Below, piece after piece: positions 55,938 through 63,204 of a stretch of DNA of 63,204 nucleotides; within the stretch, counting starts at the first letter, position 1; each line of letters starts with the position of its first letter. Below the pieces are notes generated by a model, which saw only the letters and a list, made by a program, of their open reading frames with translations, was not told the origin of the DNA and ran no database searches. This stretch comes from a virus. Lineage: Duplodnaviria; Caudoviricetes. The stretch is taken from positions 1-63,204 of IMG/VR virus record IMGVR_UViG_3300030110_002592; one strand, 5' to 3'. A program made the position numbers and the translations under genes.

Positions 55938-56546
55938 ATGGCAACAACTAAAAAGAATTATTACACCGAGTTATCACAAATTGATATCAGCGGTAAGATT
56001 GAAAAGAAAGGAAAGTTTGATTATCTATCATGGGCTAGTGCATGGGATATGTTAAAGAAGATGCATCCTGATGCAAATAGAATTATCTATGAACATGAGC
56101 ATAGTGGACTGCCAATATTTCCTCTTAACAACTCTGCACAAGTAAAGGTGGGAGTTATTGTAAACGGAATAGAGCATATTGATATGCTACCTATTATAGA
56201 CTTCAGGAATAATGAGATTCCTTTGGAAAAGATAGGAACAATGGATATCAACACAGCCATTCAAAGAAGCACAGCAAAGGCTATAGCAATGCATGGTCTT
56301 GGATTGTCTTTATGGATAGGTGAAGATGTTAAGGCTGTAGCAGAGGAAAAGAAGCCTCAAGCTGTCGTTAATAAAAGCAAAACACTAACCCTAGATATTG
56401 GCGATGCCAATTGGACAAAGGTGTTGAGTTATGTTTCTGACAACAAAAAGTTAGGGCTTGATAAGATAGTAACTCAGCTAGAGCGCAAGTATAAGATTAC
56501 TGCCAAAGTAAAGAAAGAAATACAAACTGCAGTAAACTCTAAGTAA
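55938..56546 (+). CDS. Sak/Rad52-like single-strand annealing protein
   Basis: EKKG.FDYLSWA.AW...LPIIDFRN...INTAIQR..AKAIAMHGLGL.LW.GED. Confidence 0.85.
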   Translation: MATTKKNYYTELSQIDISGKIEKKGKFDYLSWASAWDMLKKMHPDANRIIYEHEHSGLPIFPLNNSAQVKVGVIVNGIEHIDMLPIIDFRNNEIPLEKIGTMDINTAIQRSTAKAIAMHGLGLSLWIGEDVKAVAEEKKPQAVVNKSKTLTLDIGDANWTKVLSYVSDNKKLGLDKIVTQLERKYKITAKVKKEIQTAVNSK

Positions 56547-57298
56547 TGCTGACGAATATTACAAACAAGAAAAAGGTCATTGAAACGCTAGGCGATGACA
56601 ATGACTACTACGGAGTATTTGGAAAAAATTATTTTTCTCAAAGCGATATAAAAGTGTTGTGTCAGAACCCGGTAGCCTTCAAAGGTGGTGGGTTCGAAAC
56701 TAAAGAGTTGTTGATGGGTAAATACTTTCATCAGCTCATGTTAGAGCCGGAGAAGTCAGCAGACTTCCCGGTTCTAAATGTTTCTTCACGAAACACAAAA
56801 GCCTACAAAGAGGCCCTTGAACACAATAACTTTAAGATGATTATGCTTGAGCATGAAAAAAAATCTGTTGAAGAATGGGTGTCTGCTATGAAGCGTAATT
56901 TAAAAATCTATGACCTCATTTATGATGACAACAATCGATTTGAGGTTCCTGAAGTTAAAATAATAAATGGATATGCTTTTAAAGGTAAAGCTGACATCAT
57001 TAGCAATGATTATGTTATTGATCTAAAAACTACTAGCAATGTCCATGACTTCCCTTGGAGTGTAAGGAAATACTACTATGATGTACAAGGCTATATATAC
57101 AGAGAGTTATTTGGTAAGCCTATTATGTTTATTAGTATAGACAAAACCAATCACATGATGGCCAAAGATACTCTTAACGAAAATAGTTATGAGCAAGGTC
57201 GTATTAAATTACAAAAGGGATTAGAAAATTATGAGAAATTTTTTGGGAAAAATTCTGTCGAAAACGCCGAAGATTACGTTATCGAAAGAGAAATATAG
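56546..57298 (+). CDS. PD-(D/E)XK exonuclease (RecE/exonuclease VIII-like)
   Basis: G..FH..MLEP, KGKADI...VIDLKTT, YDVQG.IY. Confidence 0.8.
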   Translation: MLTNITNKKKVIETLGDDNDYYGVFGKNYFSQSDIKVLCQNPVAFKGGGFETKELLMGKYFHQLMLEPEKSADFPVLNVSSRNTKAYKEALEHNNFKMIMLEHEKKSVEEWVSAMKRNLKIYDLIYDDNNRFEVPEVKIINGYAFKGKADIISNDYVIDLKTTSNVHDFPWSVRKYYYDVQGYIYRELFGKPIMFISIDKTNHMMAKDTLNENSYEQGRIKLQKGLENYEKFFGKNSVENAEDYVIEREI

Positions 57299-57405
57299 AA
57301 AAAACACTCTTCATATCTGCGTTCCACAGGTATTCAAGAGTGATGCTGACAAGCATAAGTTTATAGTCAGCACTTTATCTTTTTTGGAACAAAATATTAA
57401 AACTT

Positions 57406-57687
57406 TTGAAAATGAGTAAAGACGAAATCATTTTTGCAGACGGTTTTTCATTTAAGAGAAATGAAAATGCACCGGACTTTGTTATTGGGAATGTATCAAT
57501 TAAAGTTGATGATGCTGTTCCTTTTGTTAAAAAACACGCTAACGCTAATGGGTGGGTAAATTTATCTATCCTTGTTGGCAAGCAAAATGGCAAGCCATAT
57601 TTAAAATTAGATACGTTTAATCCCGATCCATCCAAAGCTAAAGCTACTATCTTGGATGAAGGTGAGGATGACGATATGCCATTCTAA
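57406..57687 (+). CDS. Putative single-stranded DNA-binding protein
   Basis: Acidic tail EDDDMPF; follows Sak and exonuclease. Confidence 0.65.
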   Translation: MKMSKDEIIFADGFSFKRNENAPDFVIGNVSIKVDDAVPFVKKHANANGWVNLSILVGKQNGKPYLKLDTFNPDPSKAKATILDEGEDDDMPF

Positions 57688-57694
57688 TTCTGTA

Positions 57695-57735
57695 AAGGGG
57701 ACTGTGTTTATACTTGGCGCAGTCTCCTTTTTTTT
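57695..57735 (+). terminator. Rho-independent terminator
   Basis: GGGGACTGTG...CGCAGTCTCC followed by a T tract. Confidence 0.7.
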
Positions 57736-57744
57736 ATGCCAACA

Positions 57745-57904
57745 ATGTCGAGTTTTTTATTTCCCTATATATATATAATACACGTATTTTATTTATATAC
57801 TTTTTTTATTTTATTTTGGGTTTCAACTTGACATTTTCGACATCTTATTGATAATCAACACTTTAATCGACATAAAATCGACATAAAAATGACACAAAAC
57901 GACA
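57745..57904. repeat. TGTCGA/TCGACA iteron cluster with AT-rich core (origin-like element B)
   Basis: Hexamer at 57746, 57837, 57867, 57878, with variants at 57828, 57889, 57899; immediately upstream of the primase. Confidence 0.7.
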
Positions 57905-60318
57905 CTAACCTAATTACTATCTTTCAGAACATAAAAGAAACAGACACTCCATTCCATAGAGATGTACTTCATATTTTAACACGCGTAAAGAATGGTAACA
58001 GCAAAAATCTCGTAAAACAAATACGAGCGGAGAGCAATAAAGAACTGAGAAACAATCTGAAAAAACAACTACCGGCCATATGTTTTAGTGGTGTATTTAC
58101 TAAACGTTTAGACACCGCCATCACAGAACATAGTGGATTGATATGTTTGGATTTCGATGGCTATAAATCTAAGAAGGCTTTGCTTTCAGATAAGCAGAAG
58201 CTTAGTGAAAACAAGTTTGTTTTTTCAGTATTCATTAGTCCTTCCGGCATGGGCCTGAAGGTATTGATAAAAGTACCCAAGGATGTAGACAACCACAAAA
58301 ACTACTTCAATAGTTTAGAGAATTATTTCAACTCTCCTTACTTTGATAAAAGCGTAAAAAATGTGGGCCGCGTATGTTATGAAAGCTACGACCCGCTTAT
58401 AAATATAAACGTTAACTCTAGTTTGTGGGATAAGATAGATGAAGAAAGCTATGTAGAGATAGATAAAAACTCAGGATATGCAACGATCCCTATTTGTGAT
58501 GAGAACAAGATTATAGAAATCTTAGTAAAGTGGTGGGAGAAAAAATACCCAATGATAGAAGGACAACGGAATCAAAACACTTATGTGTTGGCCTCTGCCT
58601 TTAACGATTTTGGTGTAAACAAAAGTTTGGCTGAGTATGTGATGGCAAATTACACAACTCGCGGGTTCACCATAAACGAAATAAAAAGAACCATAGATAG
58701 CGCCTATGCTCAAAAGCAAAACTTCGGAACAAAAGTGTATGAAGATGTAGAGCAGATGAATGTACTTAGACACAAGATGGCGAAGGGTGCATCTAAACAA
58801 GACATAAAAGAACACCTGCAGTTCTGCGACATGAATCCTATGGAAGTAAATAATGTGATAAGCAGAGTTGAAGAGGAACAGGCCAATAGTTTTTTTTGGA
58901 CTAAAACAGATAAGGGAACGATAAGGATAGTCCATTATTTATTTAAAGACTTCCTTGAAGAGAATGGGTTTTATAAGTACTGTCCTCCCGGGTCAAAGAA
59001 CTATGTGTTTGTTAAGGTTACTAACAATCTTATAGACCATACAAGTGAAAAAGATATTAAAGATTTTGTCCTTCAGTATTTACTAGACAAAGAAGATATG
59101 TCTGTGTACAATTACTTCGCTGACAATACACGTTATTTTAAAGAAGACTTTCTTACGTTACTTGCAAGCATAGATGTTTATTTTATTGAAGACACCAAAA
59201 GCTCTGCGTACTTGTACTATAAAAATTGTGCAGTAAAAATTACCAAGAGTGAGATAGTCCCTATAGACTATTTGGATTTGGGTGGTTATGTTTGGAAAGA
59301 CCATGTCATAGATAGGAATTTTGACATTTGTGATGTTGGTGAATGTGATTACAAAACTTTTATCTCTCGCATCTGCAACGGTGATACAAGCAGAATTAAA
59401 AGCATGGAGTCTACTATAGGATATATGTTACATGGATATAAGAATCTATCCTTTTGTCCCGCCACTATTTTAAATGACGAAACCATTTCTGATATGCCGG
59501 AGGGTGGTACAGGAAAAGGTATTTTTATTAATGCTTTGAGTCAAATGAAAAAAATAGTCGTGATTGATGGGAAGAGTTTTACATTTGAAAGGAGCTTCGC
59601 ATATCAGCTTGTATCGGCTGATACTCAAGTCTTATGCTTTGATGATGTGAAAAAACATTTTGACTTTGAGAGATTGTTCTCAGTAGTTACTGAGGGATTG
59701 ACATTGGAAAAGAAAAACAAAGATGCTATTAAGATACCATTTAACAAGTCTCCAAAAATAGCTATCACCACTAACTATGCTATAAAAGGAAAGGGCAATA
59801 GCTTTGAAAGAAGGAAATGGGAATTGGAATTACATCAACATTATTCTAAGGATTATACTCCTTTAGATGAGTTCGGAAAGTTAATGTTTGGAGATTGGAA
59901 TGATGAAGAGTGGTGTGGCTTTGACAACTACATGGTTAATAATTTACAGTCTTATCTGAATACAGGATTAATAAAAAGCAAGTTTGTAAACTTAAAAATT
60001 CGTAAGCTTAGTGCTGAAACGTGCCATGAGTTTATAGAGTGGTGTGGTCTGATAGATGGACATGATGCCAACAATATGCTCAAGCATAATGAGAAGATAT
60101 ATAAACAGGAACTGTACTTTGATTTTATAGATGAAAACCCTGACTTTGGGCCAAAAAGTAAGATGACTATTAGTAGAGCAAAGTTTTACAAATGGTTAAT
60201 TAGTTATGCAAATTATAAGTATGGTGTCCTTCCTGAGGAAGGCAGAGACCCTAAGGGAAGATGGATTATTTTTAAGCTTAAACCGGAGAATGAAGATTTT
60301 AATATCTTAGACTTCTAA
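57889..60318 (+). CDS. Primase-helicase (BT4734/VirE-N-like prim-pol, PriCT-like region, P-loop helicase)
   Basis: LKKQLPAICFSG, SGLICLDFD, FISPSG.GLKV, EGQRN, Walker A GGTGKG, FDDV. Confidence 0.8.
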   Translation: MTQNDTNLITIFQNIKETDTPFHRDVLHILTRVKNGNSKNLVKQIRAESNKELRNNLKKQLPAICFSGVFTKRLDTAITEHSGLICLDFDGYKSKKALLSDKQKLSENKFVFSVFISPSGMGLKVLIKVPKDVDNHKNYFNSLENYFNSPYFDKSVKNVGRVCYESYDPLININVNSSLWDKIDEESYVEIDKNSGYATIPICDENKIIEILVKWWEKKYPMIEGQRNQNTYVLASAFNDFGVNKSLAEYVMANYTTRGFTINEIKRTIDSAYAQKQNFGTKVYEDVEQMNVLRHKMAKGASKQDIKEHLQFCDMNPMEVNNVISRVEEEQANSFFWTKTDKGTIRIVHYLFKDFLEENGFYKYCPPGSKNYVFVKVTNNLIDHTSEKDIKDFVLQYLLDKEDMSVYNYFADNTRYFKEDFLTLLASIDVYFIEDTKSSAYLYYKNCAVKITKSEIVPIDYLDLGGYVWKDHVIDRNFDICDVGECDYKTFISRICNGDTSRIKSMESTIGYMLHGYKNLSFCPATILNDETISDMPEGGTGKGIFINALSQMKKIVVIDGKSFTFERSFAYQLVSADTQVLCFDDVKKHFDFERLFSVVTEGLTLEKKNKDAIKIPFNKSPKIAITTNYAIKGKGNSFERRKWELELHQHYSKDYTPLDEFGKLMFGDWNDEEWCGFDNYMVNNLQSYLNTGLIKSKFVNLKIRKLSAETCHEFIEWCGLIDGHDANNMLKHNEKIYKQELYFDFIDENPDFGPKSKMTISRAKFYKWLISYANYKYGVLPEEGRDPKGRWIIFKLKPENEDFNILDF

Positions 60319-60329
60319 AAAGTTATGTT

Positions 60330-60584
60330 ATGAGTGATATACATTTATTAAGTAGATTAGTTGAAGCGTTTGACAATTCTTACAATGTGTTGGTACACAA
60401 TCACAACCCATTAGAGATTATTGAAAATGAAGGTGATGTTGTATTTGCCCATGATATTTCTGAAGACATAAACATTAGTTTAGTTGCAAGGATGATTGCT
60501 TTTTGGGAGGAACAAGAGGAATATGAGAAGTGCGCTGAGTTAAAAAAAGTTGAGCTAAAACTTAGACAACATGATCAAGCTTAG
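60330..60584 (+). CDS. Hypothetical protein with UvrB/UvrC-like C-terminal motif
   Basis: EEYEKCAEL. Confidence 0.6.
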   Translation: MSDIHLLSRLVEAFDNSYNVLVHNHNPLEIIENEGDVVFAHDISEDINISLVARMIAFWEEQEEYEKCAELKKVELKLRQHDQA

Positions 60585-61806
60585 AGATTACCAACAAGAC
60601 ATTGTTGAGAGAGGTACTCGGATCCTGAGAGAACACCGTTTACTGTACTTAGCTATGGAGGTAAGAACCGGCAAGACTTTAACTAGTTTATCTATATGCG
60701 ATTCATTGGGAGTTGAAAATGTTTTGTTTATTACAAAGAAGAAAGCCATATCTTCTATAACTGAAGATGTTGAGAAGGGAGGCTTTTGTCATTTCAATTT
60801 TTGGTGTATAAATTACGAATCGTTACACAAGATTCCCGATGTGGATTGGGATGTGATTGTATGCGATGAGGCCCACAGCATGAGTAAATTTCCTACGCCT
60901 AGTAACAGGGCCAAGCACGTACGCAAGCTATTAGAAAAATGCAATCCGTATTACATATTGTTATCGGGAACGCCTACTCCTGAAAGTTTTTCTCAGATGT
61001 ACCATCAAGTATATGGTCACCGCAACAATCCTTTCAGGAAGTACAAAAACTTTTATAAGTTTGCTCACGATTTTGTGAGAGTAACGTCACGAAAAATAAA
61101 CAGCAATTATGTAAACGATTACTCCAATGGCAGAAAAGAGATATTGGAGGTTATGAAGCCTTACACTATAAGCTATTCACAAAAGCAAGCAGGCTTTCAA
61201 ACTAAAACTACTGAGACAGTTTTAAAAGTAAAGATGAGCGACACTACCTACAAGATAGCAAATATGCTCAAAAAAAATTTAGTGGTAGAGGGTAAGCAAG
61301 AAGTAATTTTAGCAGACACTTCGGTAAAGCTAATGATGAAGCTACACCAACTATTTTCGGGTACTATCAAGTTCGAGAGTGGTAACTCTACTATTATAGA
61401 TACCACAAAAGCACAATACATTTATAATAAATTCAAAGGCAAAAAAATTGGCATCTTCTATAAGTTTAAGGAAGAGCTAAATGCGATCAAAGAAGTATAT
61501 AACGATTCTATTACTACTGATATAAAAGAGTTTCAAGATACCAATAAAAACATAGCCCTTCAGATTGTTAGTGGGCGTGAAGGTATTTCGTTGAAGCAAG
61601 CAGTAGCGTTAGTATACTACAACATAGACTTTAGTGCGACAAGCTATTGGCAGAGTCGCGATAGGATGACCACAAAGGACAGATTAAAGAACGATGTGTA
61701 TTGGGTGTTTTCTGAGAACGGTATTGAACAAAAAATTTATGATGCAGTCAGCAAGAAAAAGGATTACACATTAAGTCACTTTAAGAATGACCTTAGATTG
61801 CTATGA
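60571..61806 (+). CDS. Superfamily 2 (SNF2-like DEAH) helicase
   Basis: LRDYQ, RTGKT, CDEAH, LSGTP, SGREGISL, QSRDR. Confidence 0.85.
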   Translation: MIKLRDYQQDIVERGTRILREHRLLYLAMEVRTGKTLTSLSICDSLGVENVLFITKKKAISSITEDVEKGGFCHFNFWCINYESLHKIPDVDWDVIVCDEAHSMSKFPTPSNRAKHVRKLLEKCNPYYILLSGTPTPESFSQMYHQVYGHRNNPFRKYKNFYKFAHDFVRVTSRKINSNYVNDYSNGRKEILEVMKPYTISYSQKQAGFQTKTTETVLKVKMSDTTYKIANMLKKNLVVEGKQEVILADTSVKLMMKLHQLFSGTIKFESGNSTIIDTTKAQYIYNKFKGKKIGIFYKFKEELNAIKEVYNDSITTDIKEFQDTNKNIALQIVSGREGISLKQAVALVYYNIDFSATSYWQSRDRMTTKDRLKNDVYWVFSENGIEQKIYDAVSKKKDYTLSHFKNDLRLL

Positions 61807-62201
61807 AGGTATGTAAGATATGCAAAAGAGAGTTAGAACAATCAGATTTTCATGTAACAAAAACTTCTAAAAGCGGTAAAGTATATTACCGTGGAGATTG
61901 TAAAGATTGTCATAACGAAAAAAAATATAAATACAAGCGAGGGCTTGCTATGAAAATTAAAAATTATAAAGAAGGTTTAGCGTGTTATAACTGTGGATAC
62001 TCCAAAGAAACGCACCCTGACTTCAGCCCAAAAGCTTTAGAATTTCATCATCACAGGAAGGATAAAACTTTTTCTGTAGCCAATGCAGTAGGCCAAGGTT
62101 TTGGTTTTGAGACCATAAAAAAAGAAATGGATAAATGTTTAATTTTGTGTTGCCGATGTCACAAAGAACACCATTACAAGGAACCAAAATCAAAGAAGTG
62201 A
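61803..62201 (+). CDS. HNH endonuclease with N-terminal Zn ribbon
   Basis: CKIC..CKDC; CYNCG..LEFHH..KC.ILC..CH.EHH. Confidence 0.8.
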   Translation: MKVCKICKRELEQSDFHVTKTSKSGKVYYRGDCKDCHNEKKYKYKRGLAMKIKNYKEGLACYNCGYSKETHPDFSPKALEFHHHRKDKTFSVANAVGQGFGFETIKKEMDKCLILCCRCHKEHHYKEPKSKK

Positions 62202-62341
62202 TAGCACTGATATTATTTATATTGGTACTACTCCTAGCTGTATTTAGCTGTAGCTCTCCAAGGGTGATGCAGGTGGATCATTTCCCGTATGAGTTTGATC
62301 GCACTCCAACACAGTGTGAATGTTTCGAACCTGAATTTTAA
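62198..62341 (+). CDS. Small lipoprotein (47 aa)
   Basis: GTG overlapping the HNH stop (GTGA); hydrophobic stretch ending VFSC. Confidence 0.5.
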   Translation: MIALILFILVLLLAVFSCSSPRVMQVDHFPYEFDRTPTQCECFEPEF

Positions 62342-62404
62342 GGTTCGATGTTTTCCACATAAAAGTGTTGGTAAACTGTTTAATGTTTTATATTTTTATG
62401 TATA

Positions 62405-62644
62405 ATGACAGAGTCTAAAATACAAAGCAAAAGAATCAAACAACTAGAGGCCGAAGGTTATTACGTAATTAAACTATTAAAGACAAACAAAAATGGCATT
62501 CCTGACTTGTTAGCTATACCACCTAACTCTGATGTATTGTTTTCAGAAGTCAAGAGACCGGATGGTAAACTCTCTAAGCTACAGGAGTACCGATTAAAAG
62601 AATTAGAAAGCTATGGAATTAAGACAGAAGTATTTAGAGGCTGA
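62405..62644 (+). CDS. VRR-NUC/Holliday-junction-resolvase-like nuclease
   Basis: ESKIQ...GIPDLL...FSEVKRP.GKLSKLQ. Confidence 0.8.
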   Translation: MTESKIQSKRIKQLEAEGYYVIKLLKTNKNGIPDLLAIPPNSDVLFSEVKRPDGKLSKLQEYRLKELESYGIKTEVFRG

Positions 62645-63131
62645 CAAGGAAACTCAAATATTGAGAGACCTTGTTGAGCTGTATTTTGAAATAGACAATG
62701 TTTATGATTTAAGTCGTGAGCGCAAACTTGTAGATGCCCGGAAGGTGTTTGCTTATATTTTAAGAACTCAGAATTGGAGTTTAAACAAAATAGGCAGGGC
62801 TTTAAAAAAAGACCACACTACTATCATTCATTATTTAAAAGACATGGAGTGGTTGTTACAGCACGACTCTAGTATAATCCACGCAGTAAAAATCATATCA
62901 AAAAGTTGGATGGATGAATTTAATGAGTACTTAGATCAACGAGAAATGGATGAGCCTACCATAATAGTTCATTTAAAAGAAGAAAACAAAGAGTTAAAAA
63001 AAGAAATTGACCGCTTAAAAAAAAGCATGAATATTTTTTCACCTTTAATAGATGAAGTACCTTCACATAAGTTACAAGATTTTTATAAGATTGCTAAGTT
63101 GAAGATACGCAGAATAATAAATGGATTATGA
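62613..63131 (+). CDS. Second DnaA C-terminal-like HTH protein with coiled-coil tail
   Basis: SRERKLVDARKVF..ILR....SL.KIG..LKKDHTTIIHY. Confidence 0.7.
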   Translation: MELRQKYLEADKETQILRDLVELYFEIDNVYDLSRERKLVDARKVFAYILRTQNWSLNKIGRALKKDHTTIIHYLKDMEWLLQHDSSIIHAVKIISKSWMDEFNEYLDQREMDEPTIIVHLKEENKELKKEIDRLKKSMNIFSPLIDEVPSHKLQDFYKIAKLKIRRIINGL

Positions 63132-63204
63132 AACTTTCCGAGAGAGACATACAGAGGCTTAATCACATAAACAATACTATGGATGGCCTTTACGAATCTC
63201 TAAC
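63117..63204. repeat. Terminal direct repeat, right copy
   Basis: Matches 1-88. Confidence 0.95.

Noticed and set aside
61803-62201. Intron- or intein-associated homing endonuclease
   Set aside because: Free-standing; the flanking helicase appears complete and no split gene is evident
1-63204. Stop-codon reassignment (TAG or TGA) as in some crAss-like phages
   Set aside because: Long genes are intact in the standard code, and TAG/TGA end genes at sensible boundaries
1-63204. Prophage or temperate lifestyle
   Set aside because: No integrase, CI-type repressor, partition genes or host flanks recognised

Overview
This window looks like the complete, circularly assembled genome (about 63.1 kb unique, 88-bp terminal overlap) of an AT-rich dsDNA phage with crAss-related podovirus architecture. 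The host is very likely Bacteroidota (flavobacterial), judged from repeated TAnnTTTG -7 promoter boxes and A-rich, Shine-Dalgarno-less leaders. The minus-strand arm (about 1350-47360) holds the late genes: groEL/groES, a cluster of small very basic proteins, fibres, lysis genes, a second tandem-GroES, terminase, portal, scaffold, major capsid, ring and muzzle proteins, and three ejected proteins ending in a 4202-aa polyvalent protein. The plus-strand arm (47860-63204, continuing into 1-1315) holds small early genes, a Sak-like recombinase, exonuclease, SSB, primase-helicase, SF2 helicase and nucleases. I recognised no DNA polymerase, RNA polymerase, integrase, tRNA or CRISPR array. The most unusual signals are: (1) a 58-aa MPxKS-type basic protein gene overprinted in the +1 frame inside the giant gene; (2) apparent genome-wide absence of CCAG/CTGG; (3) a -1 frameshift/slippage site in the lipoprotein gene of the lysis cassette; (4) two homologous TGTCGA-iteron origin-like elements together with two DnaA-C-domain proteins; (5) a GroEL with two different GroES lids. 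All family assignments are by motif recognition only; no searches were run.
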